A DNA stretch of 64,000 bases from Camelus ferus (taxonomy: Eukaryota). The notes under the pieces are model-generated. The model was not told the origin of the DNA. It saw nothing but the letters and a program-made list of their open reading frames with translations, and did no database searches. The translations under genes were made by a program, and so were the position numbers. Below, piece by piece: positions 39,318-53,810 of the stretch (the first letter of the stretch is position 1; each line of letters begins with the position of its first letter). Where the stretch lies: contig NC_045696.1 in assembly GCF_009834535.1 (NCBI RefSeq), positions 23,376,001-23,440,000 on the forward strand, written 5' to 3'.

Positions 39318-40113
39318 GTCCAATGACTTGATGCTAACTACTCAGAACTAGGCCAGACTTCGCAGGTAAAGGACATAGTTCTCCACACAACACCCTCACT
39401 TTGGAAACCAGCTACAAGCTTGAGGGTTCCCAGGCCACTCACATTTCTTCCCAACTGGCTAAATCTGAGGGATTTCCATTACCCTCTAGGTTCACTAATT
39501 TGCTAGAATAACTCACAGAATTCAGAAATGCACTCTACTTACAATTACAGTTTTATTATAGCTAAAAGGATACAAATCAGGACTTGCAGAAGAAGAAGAG
39601 ACGCATGGGGGAAGTCTGCGAGGGTCCATACCCACAAAAAAAATGAAGCGTCCAGTGTCCTCTCCCCATGGAGTCAGGACACATCGCTCTCCCAGCACAC
39701 TGATGAGTAACAATACATAAAAAGTGTCATTAACCAGAGGAGCTCATATGAGCTTCAATGTCCAGAGATTTTACTGGGATTTCACTGTGTAGGCATGATG
39801 ACTGAATCATGGGCCATGCAATTAAGCTCGATCTCCAGCTCTTCCTTCCCTCCCTAGAGGTCAGGCTAATATGATGTGCACAAAGCCCCAACCCTCTAAT
39901 CATATTGTTGGTCTTTCTGGAGTGGCTAGCTCCTATCCTGAGTCACCTTGCCATAGCATATTACCTAGGGGCTCTCTATAAGTCACCTCATTATCATAAA
40001 TTATCAGGACCCATCATGAGTAACAAAGACACTCCTATCACTCAGGAACTTCCATGTCATTAGCTACCTTCCAAGAACAAAGTCCAGCTAATTTTTTTAA
40101 TTATTATGTGACA
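39318..40113 (-). mobile_element. MER21-like LTR
   Basis: 'ggttcccaggccac...aatttgctagaataactcacagaattcag...cagttttattatagctaaaaggatacaaatcagg' and 'taacaaagacactcctatcactcagga'. Confidence 0.75.
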
Positions 40114-40839
40114 ATATGTACAGCACTTGGTACCCAGCATATATTGTTGCTGTTATTATTTTAATATTCATGTGATACTAAATTAAAGGAGAAAGCTAAA
40201 AACAGGTTTGTAATTTATCTTCAGGGACATCTGAGGGGGTTGACTTTTGTCAAATCCTCCTTGCACATAAGCTCAAGGAATCATAGGAGCATACCAGACT
40301 CAAGATTAATGAGAATTCATCTTAGGTTACTATTTTCCAGACTGTAGACTTGCACATTATTGTTGAGATTGTTTATTCAGTAACAACTAAGAATATTGAG
40401 ATTCTGCTCCACTGGAGAATAGGGACCAGTCATGTACATCTGAGGAGAATTTCATGTATATCTTCAAGGTGTAAGAGCTGAAGGGACCCATAGAGCATAC
40501 AGCTTTCCCAAATTGATGTGGATCATACTTACTTTATCTCGTCTCACGTGACCACATCCGTCTCAGCAATGAAGTAAGGATAACAGAAGACACACTTAAG
40601 CACCCCAAGACTTCTGATTTGTTGTCACTACTCCTGCAGTGTGGCCACCAAATATCCTGCCTTAAAGCTAAGAAAACTTAGTCCTGGATAAACTATTTTG
40701 ACATGTAAATTTAAGTCAACTGGAAGTCCAGAGTACTACTTCCATTCAAGAAAATTGGGCATTGCTGTAATGTTCTATATGTTTGGGAGCTTACCTTTTC
40801 ACAAACGTGAAAATTTTATAGAAATCCTAGACAAGCAAA

Positions 40840-41290
40840 TTAAACAGTGCAATAATGCTTTTAATGGTGAGAAACCATTTCAAATTGGTTTAAACATAAA
40901 AAGAAATTTACTAGCCCACATAAATCAAAGTCTAGAAGTAGTGTGAACTTCAGGTGGAATTCCATCTGAGTTCTGTCTCAGTCTTCTGATCTAAATTCCT
41001 CTTTTTATGTACTGGTTGGTTTTGCCATGGGCATAAAATAGTTGCAATCGTTCCCAGTATGACATCTTCTTATAAAATCAGCCAGAGGATGAGTCAACAT
41101 CACTTGACTAAAAATACCAGATGAAATTCACAGTCTTCACTCTATGGAAACTCAGATGCTGCCCTACTTTGAACAATCACCAGTCAAAGGAATGCTATGC
41201 CTTAATCATTTAGGCTCAGTCTCCATGTTTATCACTAAACCAAACATCGCTGCATTGGGGATAAAATTAGGCTTGTTGGTTTGCTTTGTT
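40840..41290 (-). mobile_element. Old MaLR LTR (MLT1J/K-like)
   Basis: 'tcaaattggtttaaacataaaagaaatttactagcccacataa...gaacttcagg'. Degenerate. Confidence 0.4.
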
Positions 41291-41929
41291 TGTTTATTTT
41301 AAGGGTGTAGGTAAGAGTAGGTATAATAAATAACACTTGTTTTTTTTTTTCTTTTCAAGTTCAGAAACAAAGGGAAAATAGCACATAAGTGAAAGACATA
41401 TGGAGAGCAAAATATCAACCCTTTTACTTATAGACTGAACAGAGAACATGGCTCAGACTGTGGCCCAAAAAGTCTGCTCATATTTCAACCTAAGATCTCT
41501 GGAGACCCTCATTAAGGCAAAATATCTACTACTAAGGTTATCCGTGCTGTCGTCACTTGGGGGGGGGGGGGATAAAATCTAACAGGAAAAAAAAAAAAAA
41601 AAGGTTGAATTGAGAACACCTGATTTCTCCTTCCAACTCACAATCAGCCATTACTCTTTCTCCACTGGGGAGGCTGAGTGAGCGTAGGGAGTGTTACTCC
41701 ACCTGAAATCTCTCCATGTGGAAAAATAAAGCCAAGAACTGGCAGATTATCACCTTCTTCTCCATCACTGATGAAGATCAGCATGAGTCAGTAAGGGCCT
41801 ACTCTTTCAAAACCACACAGCTGGTAAATCTGAAGTCCTATTAACAATGGGTAAGAAGAGAACTGATGGCAGGGAGTTAACTGGCTCTGCTGAGTTATGT
41901 CAAGAGTTATGAGTTAAGAGTATGTCATG

Positions 41930-43600
41930 GCAGAGACTTCCTTAAAAACATGGCAGACACATACACTTCTCTCTGCTCCCTCCCCAAACCTGACTGATAT
42001 GGCACTTACATAGTTAAAAAAACAAAAACAAAAACAAAATCACTAACCCACAAGGACCAAGAAAATGATAAAGGAAACAGAAACACTCTAGTGAAGTCAA
42101 TAAAATTTAGAGGCATATGGATGGAATAGTAACAGAAAGCTACGTGACTTTTTGAACAGAAGACAGAATAAATAAGCCAATTTATGTCATAAAACTCTAG
42201 AAGGACTCAGAAATTGAAGGTACCCACTATCTCCAGAGGAAGGGGTGTAGGGATGGGGGGGGCATAAAACAGGAAGACCGGTAGAAAATCTGAAACAAGA
42301 GCATTGTTTATGTGCCCCTTCTGAGGCTGTGATTAATCAGCCCTTACCACAGTTGAAGTGTTGATTTCTGGAGAAACTGTGTCATAGAGCAGAGAAACAG
42401 TGGACAACAAGGATGAGATACAGTATTACCAAGGCAGGAATAAGTGAAAGTCTGCATGCTGTATTAGGAGAATACTACTCCAAACCCCATTACTATTCTG
42501 ACAACTATCTCAGGCTGAAGAGTGTTGGGAAAACTGACCAGCCCATCAGGAATGTTGGGCATCCCTTTCTAATCACCCTTCAGTAAATGCATGTCAGAAA
42601 GCTTTGCCAAAGCAGACAGAGCTGCCCATAAGCATTGTGGCAAAATTTTAGATATAAGTAGATTGCTTAAACCTTTAAATATTTGAGCGAAGCCTCTAAC
42701 TTTCATTGCAACTATTTCTCCTTCTGCTTCTTTTCAAGTTAAGGAAAAGAAAACAGTATATGAAATTGAGTAGAATGATAAAATAATTTATCATGATTTA
42801 GAAAATTTAGCTGAGAAATTACATAATTGTTCAATAGAAGGACATCACTTGATAAACAGTTTAAGAAATGTATGCAAATATAATAATTCCAGTAAATCCC
42901 ATTAAAAAGCATTTGTTCAAATTCAGTACTTACAAATAAAAACCAAAGAAAATGGAAATATATCTGATTACTTTGTCATGATACAGAATGTCTATCCTGA
43001 ATTAACTGTCACCATACACTGAAAGGAAATGTACATACCTACAGGAAGGGAAGAGACACATCATTATCAAGGAATCACACTATTACATGCAATTAAATAT
43101 GAAATAGGATAACAATATAATACTCAACAGCATTCCTGAATAGCCAAGTAGGATGGTAAAAAAATTATAATGTATCTCATCACAGTATTAACTAAAAGTA
43201 TAATCATAATTTTAAAATCTGAATGAGAATATATATGACACGCTTTGTAAAAACCAGAAAACTTTATTGGAAGAAAATTATATTTGACCAAATGGAAAGA
43301 CATGACATGTTCCTGGATGAACAGAGACAGTTGTGTATAATACTGTTTGCTTTCTAAAATAATATGAATGTTTAATAAAAACCCCATCAAAATCATAAGC
43401 TCTTTCTTGGACCAAAACATTACAAATTGTATCTGGACAATTACCTAGTAAAGAATATTTCAGAACAGTCTCAAAAGAAAAATATGGGGGAACTAGATTT
43501 ATCAGATATTAAATATATATGCTAATCAATGAATAAATAAAACAGTATGCTATAAAAATCAACATATTACATTATATTCAAAAGTTGGGAAAACTAACAA
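41930..43600 (+). mobile_element. Degenerate old L1 (5' region plus ORF2 remnant)
   Basis: 43290-43319 translates KWKDMTCSWM, matching the L1 ORF2 KWKDIPCSWI motif; L1-like 5' start 'gacttccttaaaaacatggcagac'. Confidence 0.6.
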
Positions 43601-46600
43601 CTAACCTATACATCAAAATATTTTTAAATGTTTTTAATTTAAATATGCTTAGATATAGCTTTGCATAATTGAAGAAAAAATCTATTCAGATTATCACAAA
43701 AAAACAATAGTCCATATCTAAATACACTCTAAATGCACTGTATACCATTATATAAGACATTGACAATATCCAGAATACCTCAAATAAAATAAAATTGGAC
43801 ATTTAGCCCATAGTGAACTGGTGAAGCGGAGTGATAGTCAATAGCTTTTGAACTAAGAAAAAAGTATTTCCCCCCCACAAAAAAATGAAACCATGTAAAA
43901 TTTTGAAATTTCTGAATTATAGCCATAAATGAAAATCCAAAAAGTCCTTTAGAAATCTACAGCAAACGTAACAGGAATAGATTAAAATTTAATTATAATT
44001 CTTGTTTTACAAATTAAAATCAGTATACAAATGGGCAAACTCACAAGCAAATAATTATAAAGAATACTATTTTGGCAGACAAACATTAAAATATTTAGCT
44101 TCAATTGTATGTACAAATTGTACATACATACATGTAAATACATACAATTACAAACACAAATTGTAAACTCAGTGATATAATTGCTTACTGTATTAGCAAA
44201 ATTAAATGATGAATGCTTTTCCAGAAAATATCTTAAAATTGGCCACAACCTGGAGAAGGTCAACATGTTCTCTTGCAAGAATGATGCAGAAAATCATGAA
44301 GCATTTCACTTTTGAAAAAACACACTAAGAATACAGAACACAAGTCTCAGTTAATTATGAGACTTTAAACAATGATAAAATCATAATGAAATAACAAAAA
44401 TATATAGTAATTTGGCATTTATTATGACTGAAACATATTTCCATTATTAATTCAAATCAATGGAACAAATATTTACCATTTATTTCATATATGTCAGGCA
44501 ATATTCTAGTCCTACAGAAAATTAAAAGTTGAACAATAAACACATAGTCTTATGTCTCTAGGAGACATAAGTCTGGAAGTGGGACAGTAAATAAATAAAT
44601 AAATAAAATTTAATTAAATGTAATACATAATGTTGGAAAATAACAAATCTAATATACATATTGTACTATGAGATTAAAATTTTTAAAGCCTTTTTTTTGA
44701 AAGAAGTTTGGCATTTTATCTAACGAGCCATAAACATTTCAGAACCATTTTATTGAGTAATACTATTTCTGGAAATTTAGTCTAAAGAAATACATCAAAA
44801 AGGAAATGTAATGAATTAATTTGTTTATTGCAAGGTTATTAAGGCAGTAAGAACCTGGAGGGTGTTCTTTGGAAAACTGGTTACATTTAATAATCATTAT
44901 GAAGATCACAGCAACCAAGAGGAAAATTGTGAGACATACATATGTAGAGAAAACTTAAGATACATAATTTTAGCATTCTGTTAAACATGTTTTAAAAGTA
45001 TAAATTTGGAAAAAATCTGGAAGGAAATGACAATGTAGAGATGCATATGCTTGGATTAGGGATGATTTTCATTTATATTCAACATTTTTTAGCTTGTCAA
45101 ATATGTAGAATTCCCCTGGGCAAACATTCTCTAGAGCTGTTTAATGCTGTTAGATTCTTTAATAATTATGACAATATAAAACAAAGGAGTTTTAGACCTT
45201 TTGTTAATACAAATTTTAAAGTCTCAGGTTCTCACTGTTTTATTTCCACAGGAAGTCTTTTAGTTTTACATCTTAACTTGTTAACCAGTTAACTGCAGGA
45301 GAATCAGGTAGCAGAAAAGATGGTTAACAGAGGGCCTCCAGGCTTTAGCCAACCCTGCTCTTAGTTCTCTGACACTTGACTCTTGTCTTTCAATCCTTCA
45401 AACCTCAGTTTGCTTTGAGGAGCCGAACTTCACTCAAGATTAAAAATGGTTTTGTCCAATTATGTAGGGAAAGAGGAAATGGAACACCATATTCGATATT
45501 GTATATATAGACAGAGGGAAAGGATAAACATTTTACCTATATTTTGAAGGCATTCATTCAAAGATTTACCATGAATAATCTGAGTACCAGACAATAGCAG
45601 TGACTGCACTGTGTCCAGAAACAAACTCCGACCCACCTCCTGACTAATTCATCCCAAGAGCGGACACAGTCCTTTCCTGGACAACCATTCCAGCAACACA
45701 ACCAAGTGAAAAGCCAAAGAAACCCCAGTAGTTCACAGTATATTTCTTTCTCAAAGTTCTAAGTGTTTCCCCTTCAATAACCCACATTAGGCACATTTAG
45801 TACAATCTCAATTTCCCTCTCAAGAAAACCATTTTTCTACTTACTCAAGGAAACAACTGAAATTAAAACTCAATTCAATCAACAATATTAAAGCAAGCAT
45901 TTAACATTCTGCTTGCAGATTTAAATGATCTTCCATTTTTCCAAGGGCAAGAGATAAAAAGTTATTTAACTTTGTACAATTACAAGATTCTCTTTATCGT
46001 TTTAAGTCTACGCAATCTCAAATCATAAAGAAAATCAACTTCAAGACAAGAGAGAGCAGTTGGATTTTGATGGGCTGTAAATGGAAAACATTATTTCAGG
46101 TTGCGGCCATTGAGGAAAAAGAGCTTAGAAGTTTTACTCTGTTTTGTTGGTTCAGGGAATTATACTTGGGTCCGGGGCACTCAGAGTTTACCATGCTCAG
46201 AGAAATGCAGTGGGACTTGCAGCTCAAGATTCAGGCTGGCCTCTCGCCACAGAAAGGTAAAGGTGCTACATGTTAACCTATGTTGTTTGCATTGTACAGG
46301 ACAGGTGGCTGTTCCCAACTCCCTGTTCACCGGAACACCCAGAAGTGCAGGGATGCACCTTTCAGGCCTTGGGGCATGCCTCTGGCTGAGCCAGGGCCAG
46401 TTGAGGAACTCAGCCTATGCCACTTTGTGGATGACCTTCCCTGGACCAGAGACCTGATTTAGAATAGGTATGTGACCCCAGTCTGGAAAAATAAGCAAGA
46501 TACAAGGATTCCCTGTGGACATGTGGGGATGAAATTCTTTTTGGTCTCAACAGAGAACCACTGGAAGTTCTCATTCTTTGGTTGTCATGCGTGAGGATGA

Positions 46601-46949
46601 CCACATGGGATTGTTCCAACCAGTTTGCCAAAACTGGGAACCTTACCGCTCAAGGGCAAAGTCCATATAGATGAGAGAAGAACCAGAGAGAGAGAGACAG
46701 GTGGAAACACTGGCTTACACCTGCCCCAAATTTCTTCCTGTCTCTGGACTTTAAGGTACAGGAGCCAATAAGCAGAGCAATATTCAAAATATGAAACAAC
46801 CTGTATGCTATGACACATATGTGAATTTGTATATATGTAACATAAGTATAACTCACTATATATCAGTCACAAAGTCATTCTAATAACTTACAAATTATTT
46901 CTTGAATTATAGAAAGTGTTGTCATCTTTTCTTTGATATGCTGCATCTA

Positions 46950-49020
46950 GTTAAATGATGCCTGTTTATCATATTTGACATAGAAATGTCCTCCAAAAAT
47001 TCCCCGTAAAATTATTATGTGACATAATCTAAATAGAGAAATACAATTCATTATATTGTATCCTCTCTCTGTTTCTAACCAACAAAATTATATCCTTATG
47101 TCTAGCTTATAATACTCTGTGGTTTTTATATATTAAATGTCTATTGCTAATTCATGAAAATTATTTATTGGCATATAGTATTTATTTAGACTAATTATAT
47201 TGATTTTTTATTAATCTTCAATCCATAAATAAACTTAATATTATTTGAAAAGAAGTCACGACTTAATTAATTGAAAGAACTTAGATGTTTATTGAGTATT
47301 TCACTTGCGATACCACTTTTAAGTGTTTATCAGTGAAAGTAACAGTCTTTTCATTGGAATTATTTTGCATCAAATGTTACATCACATATCTTTCTTTCTA
47401 CATCTTGTTCTCTTTCCAAGCTTTATTTGGTTTATAAATTTAATTATTTTATCATGCATTAAATTAACCTGTCACCTTTAATAAAACAATTTTTTCATGT
47501 AAAACTAAACAAAGTGGCAAAAGCTGTAATTATTATTCAAGCCAGAATCTCTGAAAAAAAAAAAGTTCCACTTTCCAAGTTCTTAATAATTCCTATTGTG
47601 CAATTTGTATTATAAGTGAACATTCAGTGCTTCTTAAAATTTCCAAACTACATTTGCTGCTCTAGCAACACAGGCTGCCAACAGAGATACAAATACTCTT
47701 CCATTTTTCATTATGTCAGTTCACAGAAAGTTAGTAAGTGATTTCCTTCTCTCTAATGTGTATCTAATATATGATGATAAAGATAAATTTTATCAAGAAA
47801 GGAATGTAATGATGTATTACTTTGTAAATATTCTATTGTCTTATCCAGAAATAATTGAATGTGATAATGTAGTGCCAAATTAAAACAACCAGAAATTTTA
47901 ATAAAAATTTGACTTAAACTCCACTCTCCATTATCGCATTGAAACAACTATGTGAGAATATACCACAAGATTTTTCATACAGATATTTCTCACTTAAGTT
48001 ATTTTTCTTGAACACTAACAATAAAGATTGAGAACTTATTTCAGATGATATTCCTTTTAATTCCATAACCAATGAAAACCTCAAAATTATCTTTGGTCTT
48101 AAATTGTACAGTCCATGTCAATTATTAATCACTTTTCTGTGAAACAGTCGAAGCACCATCAGTGATAACTGAAGTTCTCCAGTCCTGCACAGATTTTTTT
48201 CAAAAAATATGGGAAAGTTACAAAACTGTTTTCAAAAGAAATTACACATTTCCCCACAAGTGGAGCCATAAATCTGGATTACAAAAATATGCACATATTA
48301 GTACTATTATTTTTGTGAAATGCTATTAATATTTTATAATTAGATACATTTGAATATTTTTAATATAAAATAAAGTTCTGATGGTACTTTCTAAATGACT
48401 GATTTCAATTTACTTTATTGATTTTCTATGAAAAAATATTCTTGGCAGTTTATATTATTTCAAATGTTTTATTATGTGATACTCAATGTGATATTTTGTG
48501 AAACAGAACTGATGACTGATTAATGGCTTTCCTCTTTGAATGTTGCAAATTTTCTCCATTTTAACCATGATTTTTAATGAAACATGATTAACATGCTGAT
48601 GAAATATATGTGTTCAGCACTTCCAAATTTTATTGACAGAAAATTTAGCATTTTTCAATGCTCAAAAGCAATGATAAGCTATTTATACATTTTGCTGAAA
48701 TAATCAAGTTGCGTTTTATTCAAGAAATACAAATGATTTGTTTTATTTTGTATTAATTCTTACACATTATCAAAATATATTCTGGATTTTTCTGATTTTT
48801 GCCTAACATCAGAAGATGTTCCAGGAGGCAGTTTACTGTTTCATTTCATAAAATCTTTGCTTCTAAAGATTTAATGTTTATAACACAGGCATCTGTTTTT
48901 ACACAAACTCACTATCCCAACAGATCTTATAGCAAGAGATATGCATATTTCAAAGCAATAATGATTAATTAATTAAAGAACAATTATAAAATGCTGATTC
49001 TCCTAAAGCAGAGTACTTTT
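46950..49020 (-). mobile_element. Probable hAT DNA transposon fossil
   Basis: ~2 kb very AT-rich block. Minus strand 48169-48134 translates VITDGASTVSQK, similar to the hAT catalytic (T/Y)DGAxxMxG motif; a possible degenerate dimerisation-domain remnant lies at ~47700-47570. TIRs not identified. Confidence 0.4.
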
Positions 49021-49171
49021 TAGAGAACATACAGTACATGATACAGATCCACCTAGTAGCTGGAACTGCAAATATTTTGGATTTCACTACAAGAGAATTA
49101 TTTATCAATATTGTGACATCAATAAGATATTGTGACATCTTATGACAATTAACTTGGATTGATGAATTTGT

Positions 49172-49645
49172 TGTAGTTTGATTTTATCAGTGGCTTCACT
49201 ACTTCACCATTCCCTGCACCCACGTGTTTTTGCCATGTAATTTTGCAGTACCATTCCACTCTGTATCTGAGCTCCACCAAGTGACTTCCTTGGGCAAATA
49301 TTAAGTATGATGCAAGTAGAAATCATGTGTGTGACTGGGCATGTGCTTGCTCCTCTGTCTTTACCATGAGAACATACCTAGGCTAATCTTCTCGAGGATG
49401 ACCTATGTGTGGAACAGAGCTGAGTCACTCAGTTGTCCAAGCCAGGGTCATCCCTGAGAGATGTGGCAAGGCCAGGCAAGATCACAAAGACACTTCCTGA
49501 CATGTAGCTGATAGCAGCCATGTGAACAAACTCAGCTGAGATCAGCTGAGCACAGATGAGATCATGGAAATCCTACAAAACCATGAGCTAAATATTGTAT
49601 TACTGCACACCACTGAGTTTTTGTGGCCACAGATAGCAGGTATAA
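49172..49645 (+). mobile_element. MLT1G/H-like LTR
   Basis: 'tttttgccatgtaattttgcagtacc...aagtgacttccttgggcaa...ccatgagaacatacctaggcta...cagctgagatcagctgag'. Confidence 0.65.
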
Positions 49646-50049
49646 GTTTTATAGCTAATTTCTATTCATTAATTAACTTTACTACTTAATGCCATTACTA
49701 TTATAGTTTTTAACAACCAAAGAAAGCATATTTTAAGTTTCAAGAAACTAATATAACTATTCCTGGCATGAATTAGCTAACCATCAGCCAAGGAATGAGT
49801 TTCAGAATTTAGCACTGCTTGGGTGGGTTTCTGTTACCTACAGCCAAAAACAACATAAATGATGCAATTTGTGCTTTCATCCTGGGAGCAATGGGAAAGC
49901 ACTGATTGATGGCAGTACTTCAAAGTCCCACAAGTATAATGGCCAGTACTTTGTCTACATTTTTTGCACATCTGCTTGACCCAGAAGCCAATTTTCCAAT
50001 TTGAATAAAAGTGTCTTACTGCCTTGCTTTCTACTCTGAGCCAAGAATA

Positions 50050-50268
50050 ATCACATGACTTTTAGATAAGCCTCTTGAGACCTAGGCTTGGAAGTGGCAC
50101 AATACTCACTTCTGCTGCATTTTACTGGCCAAAGCAAGCCACAAGTTCTGATTTAAGTGCTAGGAGAACGGATTTCACTTCTTGAAGGACAAGCTGTAAA
50201 ATGACAGTGTGAAGGGGCACAGGTGTGGGAGACAAGGAGAACTTCGGCCAATTTTGCAAATTACCAGA
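50050..50268 (-). mobile_element. MLT1 LTR fragment
   Basis: 'cctaggcttggaagtggcac...tcacttctgctgcattttactggccaaagcaagccaca'. Confidence 0.6.
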
Positions 50269-53059
50269 CTCTGACAATATCTAAGTAACTATCCTAAATA
50301 TGGGAGTAGGGACACTCAATGCACAAAGATGGTAACAGAGGTAAAATTATAGGGGAAACAGCATTTCCAACTCTTGAGGAAAATGATCCTATGCATTATG
50401 AAAGGTTTACTTTGTGGAATAATAGGAAGATAATATTAAAAATGTAAGGTATAGATACTTGTAAAGTTGAAAAACAAAGTAGAACTGCATGAAAGAAATA
50501 AAATTACAGTTAAATCAAACACTTAACAAGGAAATACATCAAACTGTGCATAGTAAGATATGTTTAGGACGTAAGATTATGGATTATTTTTAACCAGTTT
50601 ATATTTTTCTATTTTGGGCATGTATAACCTCCACGATATTGGACATGAAGTGATTACATGATAACTCCCCCTCCACTATTCTTTCGGAAGATACTTTAAA
50701 ACTGACACATAGAAAGTAACATCACACTTTTGAGTGAAGGAGGGGTGTTTTTTATTTCTTTACCAAATAGGCAGTGACTCATATAACTCGAAACACCAAA
50801 CCCATCATGAGACTGAAGCAACCAGAGAGAACTCAGGTGTTGATATGGAGCACTACAAGTAAGAAACCAGAGAACTTTAGTAGAGAAGAACCACAGCATT
50901 CATCGAACATATGAGCAAAACCTCACTGCTATTAGCTGGTCCTTCAAGTTCTACTTTCAGGAAGTGCATAAGTAAAGACTATGAAACTTCTTTCATCAGT
51001 AACTAGGGCCTTGAAGCCAAAGCACTCTTCTAGTCCAGCTCGAATTGTACAAATTTTTAGCAGAGAAAGGATCAGAGGGACAGAAAAGTAAGCCTTTAGC
51101 TACTCCAGTTTAGAATTATAAAGCTATACAGTGAGAATAATACAAAAATTCTTTATATGTGCTTTATAACTTGTTGAATACAAATATATATACATATAAA
51201 TAGTAATAACATACATATAGATATGTTTTTATATATAGTAATAGAGCCCATAACTACAGTCACATTCAACAGGCTAGGAACTTTTAAGGACACAGAGGGT
51301 AGGGAATGGTAGAGTGGCAGCTTTACTGTTGTGTAATCATTAACAGTGCATAGCTGGACCCTGACCAAGCCTTTTTTTCTTCCCTAGTCTACATGTTCTG
51401 TACATGTTTAGGATAATGGCCTTCCAAAATCTCTTCTAGCATAAAACTTCTATGATTTGATGATTCTGTGCTGAATGGTAGCTTACTAAACACTGGGTCT
51501 TACAGGGACATCTCATTTACTCCTCAGCTTGCTTAAATTAAGGTCCAGGATGTGAAGAGGCACAGCCTCCTGGGGACCTTTGTCTCAATCTCATAAGAGT
51601 CGTCAAGTGATTTTAGGTAGTTCTAGAAACACATTAGACTGTAGGTCAGAATTAATTTAATTTGATTATTACACAATACTGCCTTTGTAGTCAGCCCTCC
51701 CTCACTGATTTCCCCTTTGGTCCCTTGACCAGAAAATGGCAGCTCCTACTTTTCAACTGGACAAGTCTTGTTTTAATAAATGGCATGGATCATGAGGATG
51801 TGCAATTCCAGATAGCTACAGTTACTGTGACAGACTAACCCAGCCTAATCCTTGGCCTTCCCAACAGTGTGACATAAGTATTAAGAACATTAGAATCAGA
51901 TGGGTTTGTAGAAATTTGTTACAGCAGCAATAGGAAACTAATACACACAGTAAAAAAAAAAAAATTAACAGTTGTGGGTTTTGAAATACATATATATCCT
52001 CTGCATTTCTGCCTATATTTTCTGTTTAGGCCTTGGGAATGGACTGGGCCAAAATTTGAAATTACACAGTTATGTTTTGTCCTGAGGCAACATATTAGAG
52101 AGAGTGGCTTGCATTTTATTACCCTGACTGCATTTTATTTATGTGAAAAAAAACACTTAGGGAAGAGTGACAGATAAAAAATAAAACTCTTTAGAATTCA
52201 GACATACACAAAACAAACTAAAAATCTTCTCAGGAAATGAAAACAGCTAAGAGCAACAAGACTTAGAACATACATCATGATGGCCAAAGGAGATACTATA
52301 AAATGAAAAAAATAAAGCAAGCAAACAAGAGAAAGGAAAGCACTGTTTCCATTTCTGCTTTATGTTTTCATCATATTCAGCCTTACAATAATTCATTTTT
52401 CATCAGACATTTATAGATAGATATACTTTATCAAACAGATGGAATATCTTTAGTTGTTGAACTTTTTAAAAGGGTTTTACATAGTTAACTTGATAAATTA
52501 TACTATTTCTAAATGAAAAATGTGGCCAATTCATTCTTATGCCACTTGAAATAAACAAGATTGAAATATTAACCTTTTCTTATTGCAACAACTTAAGTCA
52601 CTGTTTTATATGTTCCAAGGAGGAATTTTTTGTATGGTATGATCATACAGTTTAAATTACACAGTTTACACCTCTTACATATTTCATAGATCACAGCACA
52701 AGTACATTTTCTTTGTTATTTAACCAATTCAAAACTAAAAATGTATGGTGCCCTTTCTATTGGTAAGCCAGATGTTATGGATCTCTTTAATAAAAATACT
52801 CTTATGTTTTATCAGAAGTCAAAAATTCTGTATAGTTCATAAGCGATTAGTGCAAAAACTTTTAAGTGGGAATTTTAACTTGCTGTCCTCACTGGAATAT
52901 TGAAAGATTGTATCGCATTTAATTTCTGTACAAACCAGAGCTTCTTATGTATGCTTACATCAGGCACAGATAAAGGAAAGAATATGCGAAAGAGAAGGAT
53001 AAGAACAAAGGTGAGAGGACCATCTGATCTCTGAAAATCTTTGACACCGCATGAAATGT

Positions 53060-53810
53060 GTGGGAGTTTCACTCTATAGGCACTGGGAAGCCATCGGAGG
53101 ATTTTAGGTAGAGGAATAGCATGATGTATTTATATTCTAGCAAACTCTGGAAAGCAAGAAGGATGGAAGGAGGAGAAGGAGAAGAAGGAGAGGAATTAGA
53201 ATTAGAACTGGAATTATCCTCAAATCAGGAAAAAACTATTATGTGAGATATGAAGAAGTTTTCAACTATGATAGCAGTAAGTAGACTTAACGAGATGATT
53301 ACAGATTCACTCTGAGAGTTGAGAGTGAGGAATAAAGACTTATTCACTCTTTCTGACTCAAAGGCTAGTTAGAAATGCTCACTGACATAAAAAATACAAA
53401 AGTCAGAAGTAGTGTCAGGAGTATGGGATGGAGAAAAAGAGTTCAGTTTCTCAGGGTAGGATTGCATGTGCCTGTAAGTTGCCAGCTGGAAATGTCCTGC
53501 CAGTTGAAACTTAGTAGTATAGAAGTTGGAGATGGAAACATAGATCTCATGATTATAGCTGATCAGTGATCCCATGAGAAAGAAGGATGTTGGTCAGGAT
53601 GGTTGCATAATTAAGAATTTGTAGAACAATACTGGCCTGAATGACACAAATACTTGGAGAATGGGCCAAATAAAAAGAGAATCCATCAGGAAAGTCTGAG
53701 AAGAAATAGAAAGATTAGAAGAGACATTGGGCAGAGTGACATTTTAGAAGCCAAGGAAGAAGGAAGGGTCAAGAGAAGATTGGTCAACACCTTCGAATAC
53801 AGACAGATCA
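53060..53810 (-). mobile_element. L2 LINE fragment
   Basis: 'gcactgggaagccatcggaggattttaggtagaggaatagcatgatg', 'ggaaatgtcc', 'gaagccaaggaagaagg'. Confidence 0.65.
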
